From positions 6,215 through 70,214 of the IMG/VR virus record IMGVR_UViG_3300029787_000023: 64,000 nucleotides of DNA, one strand, 5' to 3'. The first letter of the stretch is position 1, and every line of letters starts with the position of its first letter. Shown here one piece after another: positions 20,664-32,146 of this stretch. Origin of the DNA: a virus. Both the position numbers and the translations under genes were made by a program. The notes under the pieces are model-generated. The model worked only from the letters and a program-made list of their open reading frames with translations. It had not been told where the DNA came from and did no database searches.

Positions 20664-23600
20664 ATGCCAGAACCGGTTACTGAAAGCACACCTACACTTG
20701 AAGAGTTGCAACGTCAGGGTCAAATGATCGACCCCGCAGTAGATGGCGGGCTTCGACCGATGACAGAGGATGAGCTTGCAGCTCGACCCTCATATATCAC
20801 GCAACCTACTGAAAGTGACGAGCCTGAGCTAACGACGGACTTGTCTGATTTGCGAAGGGCGTTGCCTAGTGAGGGGCCTGGTAGTCTGAACTACTACATA
20901 GAAAATATTAGACGGGCGCGCCCTGAGTTTACCAGCGATCAAGTCGAAGAGCGTGCGGCAGCCGCAGCTGCAGCTTACATGCGCCAGACGCCTGACCCAG
21001 ACAGGGAGCGCTTTTCGCGAGAGATGAGTCTGCTCGAGTCAGCAGAAGCCATTAACTTGACTGAATACGCTCGGCGCGTGGGTTCACTTTCGAGTGATGT
21101 GCCCGTACAGCAGATCTTGAGCGACATGGCAGAAGAAGCCGGTATGTCACCCGACCAGTACATCGCTATTGGTCAGCAAGCGGGGTACAACTTCGAAGGC
21201 ATGGCTCGAGACATTCGAGAGCGGGGGATGAACCCCAACGCGGTTGTCCGTCTATCTTCTGTTCGTGGTGAGCCCGGTTACGCCGTAAACGCCGAGGTAG
21301 CGGCCCGCCGAACCGAAGGTGCTCGACGAGTCAGAGAGACGCGTGAAGCGATAGAATCAGGCGATATCGAATCCTTGATGGAGATAGACGACCCTCGAAT
21401 AGAGATTGTCGGTAGCTCAAGCAGAACGGCTCGATCTGTCTCTGCAGGATCCCCCGCATTCGATGAATTAGACCGGTACGTTACTCAGTTGCTGGTCAAT
21501 CCTGAGATGAACTTGGTTTACCAGAACGCGTCGTTTTTGACAAGCTCAAACGCGATGCAGCGCTACGCTGACGACGCGGTTGAAGTTTACCTCAACCGAT
21601 TTGGTCTGAGTCCTGACGACCGACTGTATGGACAAGCCCGCGCATACTTCTACAAGCGAGCCGTAGATGACGTGGCCGCTATTGTAGCTGTCGGACGCTG
21701 GCCTGGAAGTACCATACTTACCGACGATTTGATGAATCGTATACTCGGTACAGCAGACGATGTTCAGCTCGGAGACTCAGGTCTGTTCATTCCCGGTGAA
21801 GTTCGAGGTCTGGTACCCGAGGCATTAGGCGGATCGTCTTCCCGCATGCAAGTTGTCGGTATGTCTGCTGACGGATTCCCGTTGATGGCACCTGTCGAGA
21901 ACTACATCGCGTTCGGTGAAATGGTCGACAAGCCAGGTAGTTACTTTGCAGGTATTGCTCGAGGGGCGCTCGAAGGCGACATCACAGATCTCGCTTCGTT
22001 CTCAGAGGCGGGTCTTCGTGGTATGGGAAGTTCCGACACTGGGATGAACGTCGGGCTGGACTATATCGGCGACAACCCAAATCTGAGCACGACGGAGCAA
22101 GCGGCGATCTACCTTGCAGGTACCGGAGCTTATGTCCTGTCGCCCGACACGCTTACATTTGTTGGCGGTCTCTTAGGCAAGGGAGTCAAAGCCGCCTATC
22201 GAGGCGTAAGACTCAGACCCGTCAGAGAAGTCAACAGACTCACTGAGCAAGCAGCGCGAGCTCGCCTCTCAGGTAACTTTGAAGAAGCGACACGTATCGA
22301 GTCTGAACTTAGGCGTGTATCGGGTCGAGGGACTGAAGCGAACTTGGCAGGTCAGATTGACGCGGACGACGCTCGACTCGCGCAGCGCTTCAGTCAACGT
22401 GGTGTCGAAGGCGCCGAAGACATCATGGGTCCGGGGGCCGACGAGTTAGACGAGATTCTTATGATGGATGATCCTGTGCATCGGCACGCATCCGCACGAC
22501 GTCAGGCGCTTACAGATTCAGAGACCGGTGAGATGCGCGGTGGATTTGAGGGGCTGCTTAACCCCAAAAGGGCGTTGGACGCGCTCGACGAACTGGAACT
22601 TAAATATGAGAAAGGTCTACTGACTCCAGAGGGAGCACGCGCATTACGCGCCGTCGAAGAGGACATCGCAAACTTGGCGGTCGACTTAGAGAAGCTGGGC
22701 ATCACGGACCCATACCAGCAAAGACTCGTAGAAGACCTACTGCGCAAGCAACTGAGCCGTAACCCAAGCAATGTAGACGGGATCGTTAATTCTGTTGATG
22801 ACTTGGTCCGAGGATTCCCCGAGACAGCAGACGACGCAGTCGAAGGTCTCGCTGAGTGGGCTCGTGGTATTGCCCAAAAAGGCTCTGACGCGACTGAAGG
22901 TGCGCCATCCTTGGATCAAGTACTCGGGGCGATCGAACGCGCAAGGACGGCTGTTCGAACGAACAACGAGATCCGCGCTGTGGCTATGGGATACCACACT
23001 GACTACACCAATAGTCTGCTGGGTAACAAGAGAACTGGTATTGATCTGGCCGCGGCAGGTGCCCGTGAGGCACCCGAGGTCCATCCTCTGCGACCTATGA
23101 CGCCTCAAGCTATCGATTTCTTTGATCGACTCAGAATGGCGGGCGTCGTAGAAGAGACGGCACTCGACAATGCGCGTGTTCTGGACGAGCTGGTACGCAC
23201 GCTTGCCAGTCGGCAGGGTAGAGACGCGAACGGTCTTTGGGAGTTACTTGGCGGTATAGAAGTTCGCCGGCTCGCGGGCATGGCCGATGAGACCGAGGTT
23301 GCAGCGGTGGTACGTGCTGTTGAGGACGCACCCACTCCATCTGCTGCAAGACCAACTCCTGAACCCGCGGCTCGACCTACAGGGCGTCGGTATATTGGAG
23401 GTAGGGGGCCGCTGTCAGCTGAAGCCAGCGCAAAATTAGACGACCTGAGAGCCCGTCAAGCGAACGCTACAGGACCAAAAGCGGAACGAATCCAGGCTGA
23501 AATCGATGAACTTATCGGCGAGGCTCCCGTCCGCCCGACACCACCGGCACCGGCACCGGCGGCGAGGCCGGCACGTCCAGCACGCCCAGCACGCTTAGGG

Positions 23601-26600
23601 GATATTGACCCCGGACCACGCCCGGCCCGACCTTTAGTTTCGCCCGAGACGCCTGCAGCTGCTCCCTTCGGCGTTCCGCAGCGAATCGCACTTGAGCCAG
23701 AAGGTCAGGTAAGCAGAGTTTTAGCTAACCTTAGAACTCAACAGGCAAGCGTTGTAGAAGAGTCTCGTCAGATTATACCGGCCAGCGGCGCACGTCAGTC
23801 GATTCGAGAAGCCGGGGTGCCGCCTCGCAGTGACGTAGAGAAGCTATCGCCTGAATTACGCAGAAGCGCATTTGGGACAGACGATGTTGACGAGGCGCTC
23901 GAGAGAGCCCAGACATTCGTAGATCTCGACAGAGGTGCGAAAGAGCTTCAAGCAACTATGGATGAGGTGGCGAGGCTCGGGGACCAGCCTGTGCCTGGTA
24001 TCGGTGCGATGCCAAGCACTGCAGATGAGGCGCAACAAGAGATATCGTCACTGGTTGATGAGTTCATGCGGCTTGAAGGACCTCAAGGCCGTCGCATGGA
24101 GGCATCCACTCGAAATGCCCGGTTAGAACTGATTCGAGACCGCGTACGGAAAATCGAAGACGAGGTGTTGGCTGTAGCTGACGAGATGCAGCCTATGCGG
24201 GGGGCGCTCCCAGAACCAAAACCTTCAGGTATACCAGGGCTAACTGTCGAAGAGTTCACGGAGATCATTGAAGGATTTGAGGATGGGCGCGCTGCAGCGA
24301 GATATCTCGCAGGCTCAGCCGATAGTCCTGCCGCCCGACTGGTCGCCGCAAGGATCGAACCTCACTTAGATAATGTTCAAATCAGGGTGCTCAAGCCAGG
24401 TGACCCCATACCCGTGAACTACGGGAATGAAACACTCGGCGCAATTCTTAGGCCGGGTCAATTTTCGGCGGTCAAGCAAGCTTACGGTGTAAGTGACGAA
24501 GTAGAACTAATCTTACTGACATCTGCTCAAGCAAACGCGAGGTACGCAGGAACTAATGTAGAGACGCTCCTACACGAGTTAGTTCACTCGGCTACGGTAA
24601 ATCGACTTGTAGAAGGTATCACCACAGCAGACTCAAGATTTAATAAAGTCCGGCAACTAAATAGAGTCCGAAATGTCGATCAAACCCGACCACTGCGTAA
24701 GTCTCCTTTGCCCAGAGCCCGTATGCTGGGCGACGACGTATCTGACTTATCTCGGGCTGCAATCGAACTTGAAGATCTGGCAACTGGTCCTGTGGCCACA
24801 GCACTGCGGGAATACCACTTAGCTTTAGAGCCTGGAGGACTCAGGCTGGGTCAAGACCCCTGGAATGTCTATGAGTTAGTCTCATACGCTTTGACCAACA
24901 AGCCGTTTCAAGACTTCCTGGCAGGAATCAAGATAGCGGGAACAGACGAGACGATTCTCAGTCGATTTACCCAAATCGTTATGCGGCTTCTCGGTTTTTC
25001 CCCTAATGAGAGGACCGCTCTCAGCGAAGTCATACGACTCACGGATAATCTACTTAATGCAGAGTCAAAGGCCCTAACAGGCAGAACAGCGGCGGACACT
25101 CTCATATTTGCTAAGGGAGCAGATGATGCCGCGCCGGCTGCGTCCGAGACGTTTAGAGCGCAGGCGCAACAAATAGTCGAGGCTCAGGGGGTCAATGTTG
25201 ACGACTTTTTCAGGATGTTCGAAGACCTCGTTACTCGTGGTCAAGCAGATGCAGACAGCGCTGTAAAAACAACACTTGAGACTTTAGGTGCTACCACTGA
25301 GACAGCGGGAAAACCTGTCGATGATCTTGTCGATTTGGCTAAGATTGAGGTTCAAAGATTAAACGACACAAGAGTCGCGCCGGCTGCGGTAGACGAAGTT
25401 GCTGCGGTTGCAGCTCCTGTACTTTCTCCGACTCAAGTGCAGAATCGTGTCCATCTGGCGCTTCAGCGTAACGTAGAAGTTCTCGAGGCCCGTCTCGCGT
25501 CAACGACTCAGGCCGTGCATAAAGAGCAGGCGGCACTTGAAGCGCTGGTCCCGCAGAAGCCCGTCCGCGCTTCGATACTTAATCAGGCCACGCAAGGCAT
25601 TGATCCGTCAGACATGCGAGTCACGTCACGTGCGAGCGATGACGGCCGAGTGTTGACTGAGAGAACCTTGACCGAACCCGAACTTGAACTTGCTGGTAGG
25701 GCTCAAGCCCACGTCAGCAACAAGCGACAGATTAGTGACCTGAGACAAGGTATAGACGAAGAGCGCGAAGTCATTGCCGCCTTGCAGCGCACCGTGTCGC
25801 CGCAAAGAGCCGAGGTCGCGGAAGAACTGGGTGAAGAGCTCGCACAAGAAGCTGCCGATCTACAAGCTGTCGTGAAACGTCGGGATGCGGTACAGCGACG
25901 GATGGCTGCCGATGAAGCAGAACTACCGGGCAGCGCAACAGACCTTGACCGGGAACTTCTAAGCAGTTTGAATCGAGACATCGACGTTATTCGGTCCGGT
26001 CAGATGAGCGACCGGGAACTTGATCAACTCAAGAGGTACCGTGACTTGCTGCAGAAGCAGGTCGATGACGGGGTCGAAGGAGCAGACGAGGCTGAAGTGG
26101 CTATCTTGTCGCAGCTAATCGACCGGGTTGAAGGTCGGGCTGTGCGCCGAGCGCAGGCTGAGCCGCTGCCCCGAACAGAGTTGCAGCAAGCCCGGTCAGA
26201 GTATGCTGAATCTGCAGACGCTCTGACGGCAGCGAAGAACGCTGAAAGGGAAATTGACGACGCGATTCACGTCTTGGGCGATGAGATCGGTGCTGCCCGC
26301 GCCAGAGTCACACCTGAGCCTCTGCCGCCTGCAGTGCAAGCGCGAGTCGACGAACTCGACGACTTAATCAATAAGATGGAAGAGACCATGGATCTCGGGC
26401 AGGAAGTCTCGCCCGACGGCACCATCTTCACGCCACGATTCCCTGGACGTCAATACGGTCCAACACGTGCCCGAGAGACGACAAGGCTGCCGGATGATCC
26501 TGACTACGGGTTTGAAGCCTGGACTGATCACCAGCGACTTAGATACGCAAGACTGCAGCAAGAGCGCGCCGACTTAATAAGACCTCGAAACCTGGCCACG

Positions 26601-29600
26601 GACTCGGCTCAAGCAAAGCAACAGGCGGCTTTTGCAACCACGATGCGGGTACAGCTCGGTCAGGCAACAGATCTCGCACTGGCTGGAGAGGACTTTCGGG
26701 CACAGGTGCTGAGATTAAGAGTCGTTCTTCCCGCGTACCACCCAGACTATACAGCGTACAGAGGTGTTGTCCAGACCTTGCTGAAGCGCGTAGATGACGG
26801 TCAAATCACCAACATAGACGAACTTCGACAGTCCTGGGCGAGAGCCAGAAGTCAGTTCGTCGACAACCACCCCGAAGGCCCTGCTGTCGCCGTGAGGGAG
26901 ATTCAGGAGGGCGAAGCAAGAGCGGCCGGCGCCATCATTAGGAATAGAAACCAGGCGGCCGATTTAGCCCGAACATTAGACGACCCTCTTGAGCGTCTCA
27001 ACAGACACGGAGTCGACGCACCAGAGCACCCCCAACACGCGGAGTTCGCCAGCTTTGTCGAATCCAAGAGAAAGGCAGCGACGCGAACCGACGAGGCTTT
27101 CCTCCGATTCGACGCGGCTGAAGAATCTCTCGATACAGCCAGAAAAAATGTGATGGACTACGCCGCGCGAGCCACTGAGCCCGCTGAGATCGAAGAAGCC
27201 GCTGTTGTATTGCGTCCTGGGCCGCCACGTCCAAGCAGCATGAACGCCACTAACCTTCAATTCTACGAAGACGGCAAAGCGATTCTGTATCTCTTCGTGA
27301 CTGAGGGTGACCCCGGCAGACTTGTCGAGGAGCTGGGTAAGATCGTAACTCGGATGCTTGGTCCTGAAGACATGGATCAGGTCGTTGCCTGGCTGGGTAA
27401 GCGAGGCGTCAATATCACGCACCGGAATGGTCGATTCATCGGAGATGCGGCCACTGTCGCCAGGGCAGAAGATTACTTTGGAGAGGCATTAGAGAGATAC
27501 ATCCGAACAGGCGAGAACACAGATTCTCGCATGACCCGTATCTTCACTACGACTCGAGACGCCATCGGCAATGTGTATAGAGCCGTTACTCGAAGTGGTA
27601 TCAAGCCTACCCCTGAGATTGACGACTTCTTCTCAAAGGTACTGCCCAAGGTTGCGGGATCAGATGGAATTGCTCCGGTTACACGCAACGCAGTACTCAA
27701 GCAAGTCTTCGACGAAGACCAAGAGATGGGTCAAGTCAGTGCAATAGGGCTAATCGAAGCCGAGGCTCGGAGACTCGGGATGCCTTTCGACAAAGAGGCG
27801 ACGCTCCGTAATATGGACGACTTGTTTAAGGGCGCGACGGCAGACAATCCGATCGGGCAAAACATCGTAGTCACCCTTGCGGAGCCGATTCGATTCCCAG
27901 AACTCGCCGTGCTGAACCCGAAGTTTGCTCAACCCAGAACCACGTTTACGTTGCAGGAAATCGCGCAGTTAGACCAGGCACTCAAGACCAACCGCATGGC
28001 ACTTCAGCATAGCCGAAACATGGCCGTGTCTTTTCGCGGGCGCAAGGCTCTAATCGAAGGAAGCGCGCTGACACCTGACCAGATGATCGACGAGATATTC
28101 TCTCGTTACGGTGAGATGGGCGTGGGGCAGAGAGTCCTATTCGGTGGACCTTTTGGTAGAGTCTCCAAGGCAGTAGCCATCGGCGGTGATGTTGACCGGC
28201 ACATGCGTTCACTGACCCCTTATGCGCGCGGTCTGGTTCGAGCCGGCGACCGTAGCATCAAGCAGATGATGGGTGATCTTGGACGAATCATCTACGAAGG
28301 TTCGAGAACTAACCAAAGAGGTCAGATTTACGCTTTCTTGGGCGGCGAGCCTATGGCGTTTACTCGTGGTGGACGGCAAGCTTTGTCCAGCGGCGAAGAC
28401 TTCATGGACGCCACTCGAGACAACATTCGCATGGTATTCGAGGCTATCGATCCTAAGATCAAGTCAACTCTCACACGATACCTCGAAGATACTCGAAGGG
28501 CTTATGACGAAGGTGGTTTAGGTGCTGTAGGTGAAATGTTTGCGGGTCGCGGGCCTTACGCGCTGAACCGAGCTCAAGCAGACGACGCAAGAAGACTCAT
28601 AAGCCAGCTGACCGCGAGAGAGGGGTTTCAGTCGACCAACATGATGTCGATGTTTCGTAATGCTCTTGAGATCGCGGAGCAGCCTGTCAAGGGTAAAACG
28701 GGACGCGCAATTTTGAACGACCCCAATAAGATGGCGTTGTTCTTAGAGTCGGTCGCCTATGCAGGAGGTCAGACTCGACGCGGACCAATAAAAACAGCAA
28801 CCGCCTTTGCAGGGTCCTCCGCTGAACGTGCCCAGACTTTGATCGAAGACTTTCGAAACGTGCTCTTTCTCGGGGCCGACCCTGCGAAGATACCGACTGA
28901 AATTTCTCAGCTCTATGAAGTCGCGACAAACTCGTTTGCTACAGTTGTAGGTACCGTAGGAGCAGGCAGAAACGTCAAGCTCAGGTGGGTCGGTCAAGGT
29001 ATTGCAGTACCTGTCGACGCGTACGATGGGCTGCGCCGTATGATGATGGGGCTGCCGGTAGATCCCAATCAGCATGCCGGACTATTCGCTATGTCGCGGC
29101 GACTCGGAACAAACATCGAAATGCTGAAAGACGACTTTGTGCAGGGGCGAGTAACGATAAAGACAGAAGACGGAGTTAGTCAACTTCGAATGCAAGACAC
29201 AGGTTTTGTGCTTCCCGCAGTGGCCCGACAAAGACTCGCGGCTGCGATGAAGATCGCAACACCTGATCCTGAAAGACTGATAAACCCCACATTCTTTGGC
29301 GGGTCTCAGGCACACCCAGGCGGTGTCGAAGATGTCTTTGCGTTTGTACATAACCAGTACAAGATCCAGCTAATCCGTGGTCGAGGTATGCTGAAGCAAG
29401 GCTACTTCACCATGAACACGATGGACAACGTAGTTCAAACCGCTGCAGTCACAAACAAACAGGGCTTCCGGTTAGCTATAGCGAATCTACCTCGAGTATT
29501 CCTACAGAATGTCATGTCCGTACCTGGCGCACTACCACTCTTCGGGTTTGCTGAGACTACGGCTCTCTTTACCGCCGCTACAGGTACTTTTGCGATCGAA

Positions 29601-31673
29601 AAAGCGTCAGCTGCGGCAGCCCGTTTTGGTGTCGGACCAGGACGCATCAAAGCTGCGGAGAGGCTACGCGAGCTGTTGTCGGGCGCCGGTGACGTCGTGG
29701 GCGAACGCTTGGCTAAAATCGCGCGCATCGGAGCGGCTGACATACGAGTGAGTGACGTCATGACCTTAAAGCGACCTTATGTAAGAATCGGTGACACAGT
29801 GTACGAGACCTCGTCCATCAGGCGCGACGCAGTCGAAGCCGGTGTCATGGCTTCATTTGACACACGTCAGCTGAGTACAGGACTCAAGAACTCGGGTCGA
29901 ATGCTACGTAGATCCTTGCAGCGCCAAGCAGATGCAGCCACAGAGGCAGGCGATATACGTCGACTCAATGCGATTCACGTCACGATGGACACTTTCGCGG
30001 ACTACTTCAGGCATCTCGATGATGCGGCAGAGGCTTGGTCTGAGCGAGAGCGTCTCGGTCTGATGATCACAATGATGGGTGCGGGTTTCGATTCAAAGAC
30101 GGCAGCAAGAATGACAGTCGACGCTCTGTTTGACTACGCAGGTTCGATGACAGCATTCGAGCAGAATATATTGATTAACGCTGCCGTGCCTTTCTGGGCT
30201 TACGTCAAGAATGCAAACCGGCGTGTTCTTAACCTACTTTGTTCAGCTCGCGGTGCGTACAAGCTGGGCGTGCTTCGTAGAGGGTTGGACGCGGGACCAG
30301 AAAGCATACAGTGGCTGCTTTATGAAGGCTTGGTTGACCCTTATGGGATGGACGTCGATTCTATGACAGTCGACGAGCAAGAGGCTTACTTCTCATTCAT
30401 TAGTATGCTTGAGAATGGCATGTTTGCGAACCCCGCTGAGATCGACGCCCTTGATGCAAACCAGAGGTCTCAAGTCGAGCGTTTGATCTTTACAGACGAA
30501 GAGCGGCTGGGTGACCCCGAGAACAACATCGCGCCTAAGACGTTTGACGATCTGACCGATGAGCAGATTGACCGGCTACTCAATGGATACAATGGCCTAC
30601 CTCCTCGAACCGTACGCGAACAAGTACGTCAGATGTTCCTGGGCAACCCGACTCTCTACCTTGAGCAAGGCAAGGCGTACACGCGTAGTGAGATGATCGA
30701 CTTAGCCGCACAGTCGCAGCTGTATCACCCAAATACCTTGATGTATGAGGTTGTAGACACAAGTCGCGCAGTTCCGAGACCCAATCCCGCGGCTTACGGC
30801 AGATACACTCGGGGCTTGCCTGGATTTACATTCACGATGCCTATGGTCGATGAGATGTCTCGATACATCGAAACTGTCCAAAGAAGCGACCAGGGCAAAG
30901 AAGGCATCTCAATCGCAGGTAACGAAGCGCCCTTCCTTCACGTAGTTGCGCCGCCCGACCTGATTCAAGGCGCGTACACACACTTTTTGGCTCAAGCGGC
31001 GTCGTCTTTCTTGCTCGCAGAAGCCGTCGTCAGCACAGGGCAGTCGCTTGTTCGTGGCGGACCTGACCTCAGTGACGAGGTAACTGACTACGATCCTGAA
31101 GGTACGACAGCTGAGTACCAGTTCTTTGTCGGCGGTGAGCAGTACACCGTATCAAGGACCGGTAGCGCCCTAATCGAACAACTGGAGCCCATCGTAGACT
31201 TAGGGAGGATGCCGACCGTCGAACTCGTCCGCAGCTCGTTCGAAGATCCCGACCGGCCATCCACGGCTCCTGTTCGAGTCTCACGCGCTATGCACTTAGG
31301 GATGCAAGACATGGGTCTCTTGAGCGGCTTGACATACGAAGTCTCTACAGGTCAAGTAGACCCGTATGACGGTACAGTTATCGAGCACCCACGTTATTAC
31401 GTGAGCCCCGGTACACCCAAGCTTATCTATCGACTCACGCCTATTCTGGCTGACTACAATCGACACACACTTAGATCTGAGTTGTCTGAGATCGAAGGTG
31501 CGCTGGAGCAATCTGAAGACGAAAGAGTCCAGAGTAGACTGATGTATCTCGAGCTGCTAAGGTTTGCAGGCTTCAGAGTCGTCCAAGAAATCGGGTCTAA
31601 GTCTGCGTACCAGATGGGCTTCGACACAGAGGCGCGCTCGCTTGAAGCACAGTCGCGCCAAATCAATCGCTGA
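20664..31673 (+). CDS. Giant virion/ejection protein (3669 aa), polyvalent-protein-like, with zincin metallopeptidase domain
   Basis: ETLLHELVHSAT (HExxH, about 24573-24587) with downstream ELVSYALTNKPFQDFL. A second degenerate zincin-like segment LVEELGK...EDYFGEALERYIRTG. Helical C-terminal region with FDY...PFWAY typical of large ejection proteins. Confidence 0.7.
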   Translation: MPEPVTESTPTLEELQRQGQMIDPAVDGGLRPMTEDELAARPSYITQPTESDEPELTTDLSDLRRALPSEGPGSLNYYIENIRRARPEFTSDQVEERAAAAAAAYMRQTPDPDRERFSREMSLLESAEAINLTEYARRVGSLSSDVPVQQILSDMAEEAGMSPDQYIAIGQQAGYNFEGMARDIRERGMNPNAVVRLSSVRGEPGYAVNAEVAARRTEGARRVRETREAIESGDIESLMEIDDPRIEIVGSSSRTARSVSAGSPAFDELDRYVTQLLVNPEMNLVYQNASFLTSSNAMQRYADDAVEVYLNRFGLSPDDRLYGQARAYFYKRAVDDVAAIVAVGRWPGSTILTDDLMNRILGTADDVQLGDSGLFIPGEVRGLVPEALGGSSSRMQVVGMSADGFPLMAPVENYIAFGEMVDKPGSYFAGIARGALEGDITDLASFSEAGLRGMGSSDTGMNVGLDYIGDNPNLSTTEQAAIYLAGTGAYVLSPDTLTFVGGLLGKGVKAAYRGVRLRPVREVNRLTEQAARARLSGNFEEATRIESELRRVSGRGTEANLAGQIDADDARLAQRFSQRGVEGAEDIMGPGADELDEILMMDDPVHRHASARRQALTDSETGEMRGGFEGLLNPKRALDALDELELKYEKGLLTPEGARALRAVEEDIANLAVDLEKLGITDPYQQRLVEDLLRKQLSRNPSNVDGIVNSVDDLVRGFPETADDAVEGLAEWARGIAQKGSDATEGAPSLDQVLGAIERARTAVRTNNEIRAVAMGYHTDYTNSLLGNKRTGIDLAAAGAREAPEVHPLRPMTPQAIDFFDRLRMAGVVEETALDNARVLDELVRTLASRQGRDANGLWELLGGIEVRRLAGMADETEVAAVVRAVEDAPTPSAARPTPEPAARPTGRRYIGGRGPLSAEASAKLDDLRARQANATGPKAERIQAEIDELIGEAPVRPTPPAPAPAARPARPARPARLGDIDPGPRPARPLVSPETPAAAPFGVPQRIALEPEGQVSRVLANLRTQQASVVEESRQIIPASGARQSIREAGVPPRSDVEKLSPELRRSAFGTDDVDEALERAQTFVDLDRGAKELQATMDEVARLGDQPVPGIGAMPSTADEAQQEISSLVDEFMRLEGPQGRRMEASTRNARLELIRDRVRKIEDEVLAVADEMQPMRGALPEPKPSGIPGLTVEEFTEIIEGFEDGRAAARYLAGSADSPAARLVAARIEPHLDNVQIRVLKPGDPIPVNYGNETLGAILRPGQFSAVKQAYGVSDEVELILLTSAQANARYAGTNVETLLHELVHSATVNRLVEGITTADSRFNKVRQLNRVRNVDQTRPLRKSPLPRARMLGDDVSDLSRAAIELEDLATGPVATALREYHLALEPGGLRLGQDPWNVYELVSYALTNKPFQDFLAGIKIAGTDETILSRFTQIVMRLLGFSPNERTALSEVIRLTDNLLNAESKALTGRTAADTLIFAKGADDAAPAASETFRAQAQQIVEAQGVNVDDFFRMFEDLVTRGQADADSAVKTTLETLGATTETAGKPVDDLVDLAKIEVQRLNDTRVAPAAVDEVAAVAAPVLSPTQVQNRVHLALQRNVEVLEARLASTTQAVHKEQAALEALVPQKPVRASILNQATQGIDPSDMRVTSRASDDGRVLTERTLTEPELELAGRAQAHVSNKRQISDLRQGIDEEREVIAALQRTVSPQRAEVAEELGEELAQEAADLQAVVKRRDAVQRRMAADEAELPGSATDLDRELLSSLNRDIDVIRSGQMSDRELDQLKRYRDLLQKQVDDGVEGADEAEVAILSQLIDRVEGRAVRRAQAEPLPRTELQQARSEYAESADALTAAKNAEREIDDAIHVLGDEIGAARARVTPEPLPPAVQARVDELDDLINKMEETMDLGQEVSPDGTIFTPRFPGRQYGPTRARETTRLPDDPDYGFEAWTDHQRLRYARLQQERADLIRPRNLATDSAQAKQQAAFATTMRVQLGQATDLALAGEDFRAQVLRLRVVLPAYHPDYTAYRGVVQTLLKRVDDGQITNIDELRQSWARARSQFVDNHPEGPAVAVREIQEGEARAAGAIIRNRNQAADLARTLDDPLERLNRHGVDAPEHPQHAEFASFVESKRKAATRTDEAFLRFDAAEESLDTARKNVMDYAARATEPAEIEEAAVVLRPGPPRPSSMNATNLQFYEDGKAILYLFVTEGDPGRLVEELGKIVTRMLGPEDMDQVVAWLGKRGVNITHRNGRFIGDAATVARAEDYFGEALERYIRTGENTDSRMTRIFTTTRDAIGNVYRAVTRSGIKPTPEIDDFFSKVLPKVAGSDGIAPVTRNAVLKQVFDEDQEMGQVSAIGLIEAEARRLGMPFDKEATLRNMDDLFKGATADNPIGQNIVVTLAEPIRFPELAVLNPKFAQPRTTFTLQEIAQLDQALKTNRMALQHSRNMAVSFRGRKALIEGSALTPDQMIDEIFSRYGEMGVGQRVLFGGPFGRVSKAVAIGGDVDRHMRSLTPYARGLVRAGDRSIKQMMGDLGRIIYEGSRTNQRGQIYAFLGGEPMAFTRGGRQALSSGEDFMDATRDNIRMVFEAIDPKIKSTLTRYLEDTRRAYDEGGLGAVGEMFAGRGPYALNRAQADDARRLISQLTAREGFQSTNMMSMFRNALEIAEQPVKGKTGRAILNDPNKMALFLESVAYAGGQTRRGPIKTATAFAGSSAERAQTLIEDFRNVLFLGADPAKIPTEISQLYEVATNSFATVVGTVGAGRNVKLRWVGQGIAVPVDAYDGLRRMMMGLPVDPNQHAGLFAMSRRLGTNIEMLKDDFVQGRVTIKTEDGVSQLRMQDTGFVLPAVARQRLAAAMKIATPDPERLINPTFFGGSQAHPGGVEDVFAFVHNQYKIQLIRGRGMLKQGYFTMNTMDNVVQTAAVTNKQGFRLAIANLPRVFLQNVMSVPGALPLFGFAETTALFTAATGTFAIEKASAAAARFGVGPGRIKAAERLRELLSGAGDVVGERLAKIARIGAADIRVSDVMTLKRPYVRIGDTVYETSSIRRDAVEAGVMASFDTRQLSTGLKNSGRMLRRSLQRQADAATEAGDIRRLNAIHVTMDTFADYFRHLDDAAEAWSERERLGLMITMMGAGFDSKTAARMTVDALFDYAGSMTAFEQNILINAAVPFWAYVKNANRRVLNLLCSARGAYKLGVLRRGLDAGPESIQWLLYEGLVDPYGMDVDSMTVDEQEAYFSFISMLENGMFANPAEIDALDANQRSQVERLIFTDEERLGDPENNIAPKTFDDLTDEQIDRLLNGYNGLPPRTVREQVRQMFLGNPTLYLEQGKAYTRSEMIDLAAQSQLYHPNTLMYEVVDTSRAVPRPNPAAYGRYTRGLPGFTFTMPMVDEMSRYIETVQRSDQGKEGISIAGNEAPFLHVVAPPDLIQGAYTHFLAQAASSFLLAEAVVSTGQSLVRGGPDLSDEVTDYDPEGTTAEYQFFVGGEQYTVSRTGSALIEQLEPIVDLGRMPTVELVRSSFEDPDRPSTAPVRVSRAMHLGMQDMGLLSGLTYEVSTGQVDPYDGTVIEHPRYYVSPGTPKLIYRLTPILADYNRHTLRSELSEIEGALEQSEDERVQSRLMYLELLRFAGFRVVQEIGSKSAYQMGFDTEARSLEAQSRQINR

Positions 31674-31714
31674 TTACTTTAGTCAAATAGGATATACTCG
31701 CCTCGGAGATCAAA

Positions 31715-32146
31715 ATGTCAAATTACAACGGCTGGCGTAGACTGGGACATACCGCTGACAGCGGCGTGAGTCTCAGTAACACTTTTGCGGTCACAGCCCT
31801 GACAGGTAGTGATGCCACACTGGGCGGATCAGACATCCCCACTGTCGGTAACCTGCAGAACATCGAGTTCGAGCTCACATCCATCAGCACTGCCGCCTCG
31901 GTCACTATGTATCTGGCTCGAGACTCTGTCGGTGACTACCCGATTACACCATCTGTTGGATCTGGCGCAACGCAGAATATCAACACGGGCATCACAAGTG
32001 GTAAGGGCTCGGTTATCTTTACGATCGAGTACGACTACAAGCACTTTGCTGCTGTCAGTAACTCGACCGCCGGCACTATCTATCTCGTAGCTAAAGTCAA
32101 TGCTGGGTCGGCTACCGCCCAAGTACGGCTCAACTGGAGGTCATAA
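31715..32146 (+). CDS. Small putative virion protein
   Basis: 143 aa, beta-rich, GGAG RBS, coupled to the tail fibre gene. Confidence 0.65.
   Translation: MSNYNGWRRLGHTADSGVSLSNTFAVTALTGSDATLGGSDIPTVGNLQNIEFELTSISTAASVTMYLARDSVGDYPITPSVGSGATQNINTGITSGKGSVIFTIEYDYKHFAAVSNSTAGTIYLVAKVNAGSATAQVRLNWRS

Noticed and set aside
13549-31673. Virion RNA polymerase (N4- or crAss-like) within the giant proteins
   Set aside because: No DxDGD/DFDID motif or convincing T7-type A/B/C motif set was found by eye. It cannot be excluded without structure prediction.
3965-31700. Possible late-promoter motif GATA(T)AC before late genes (about 3975, 5908, 12739, 31691)
   Set aside because: Too short and degenerate to support without a statistical motif search.
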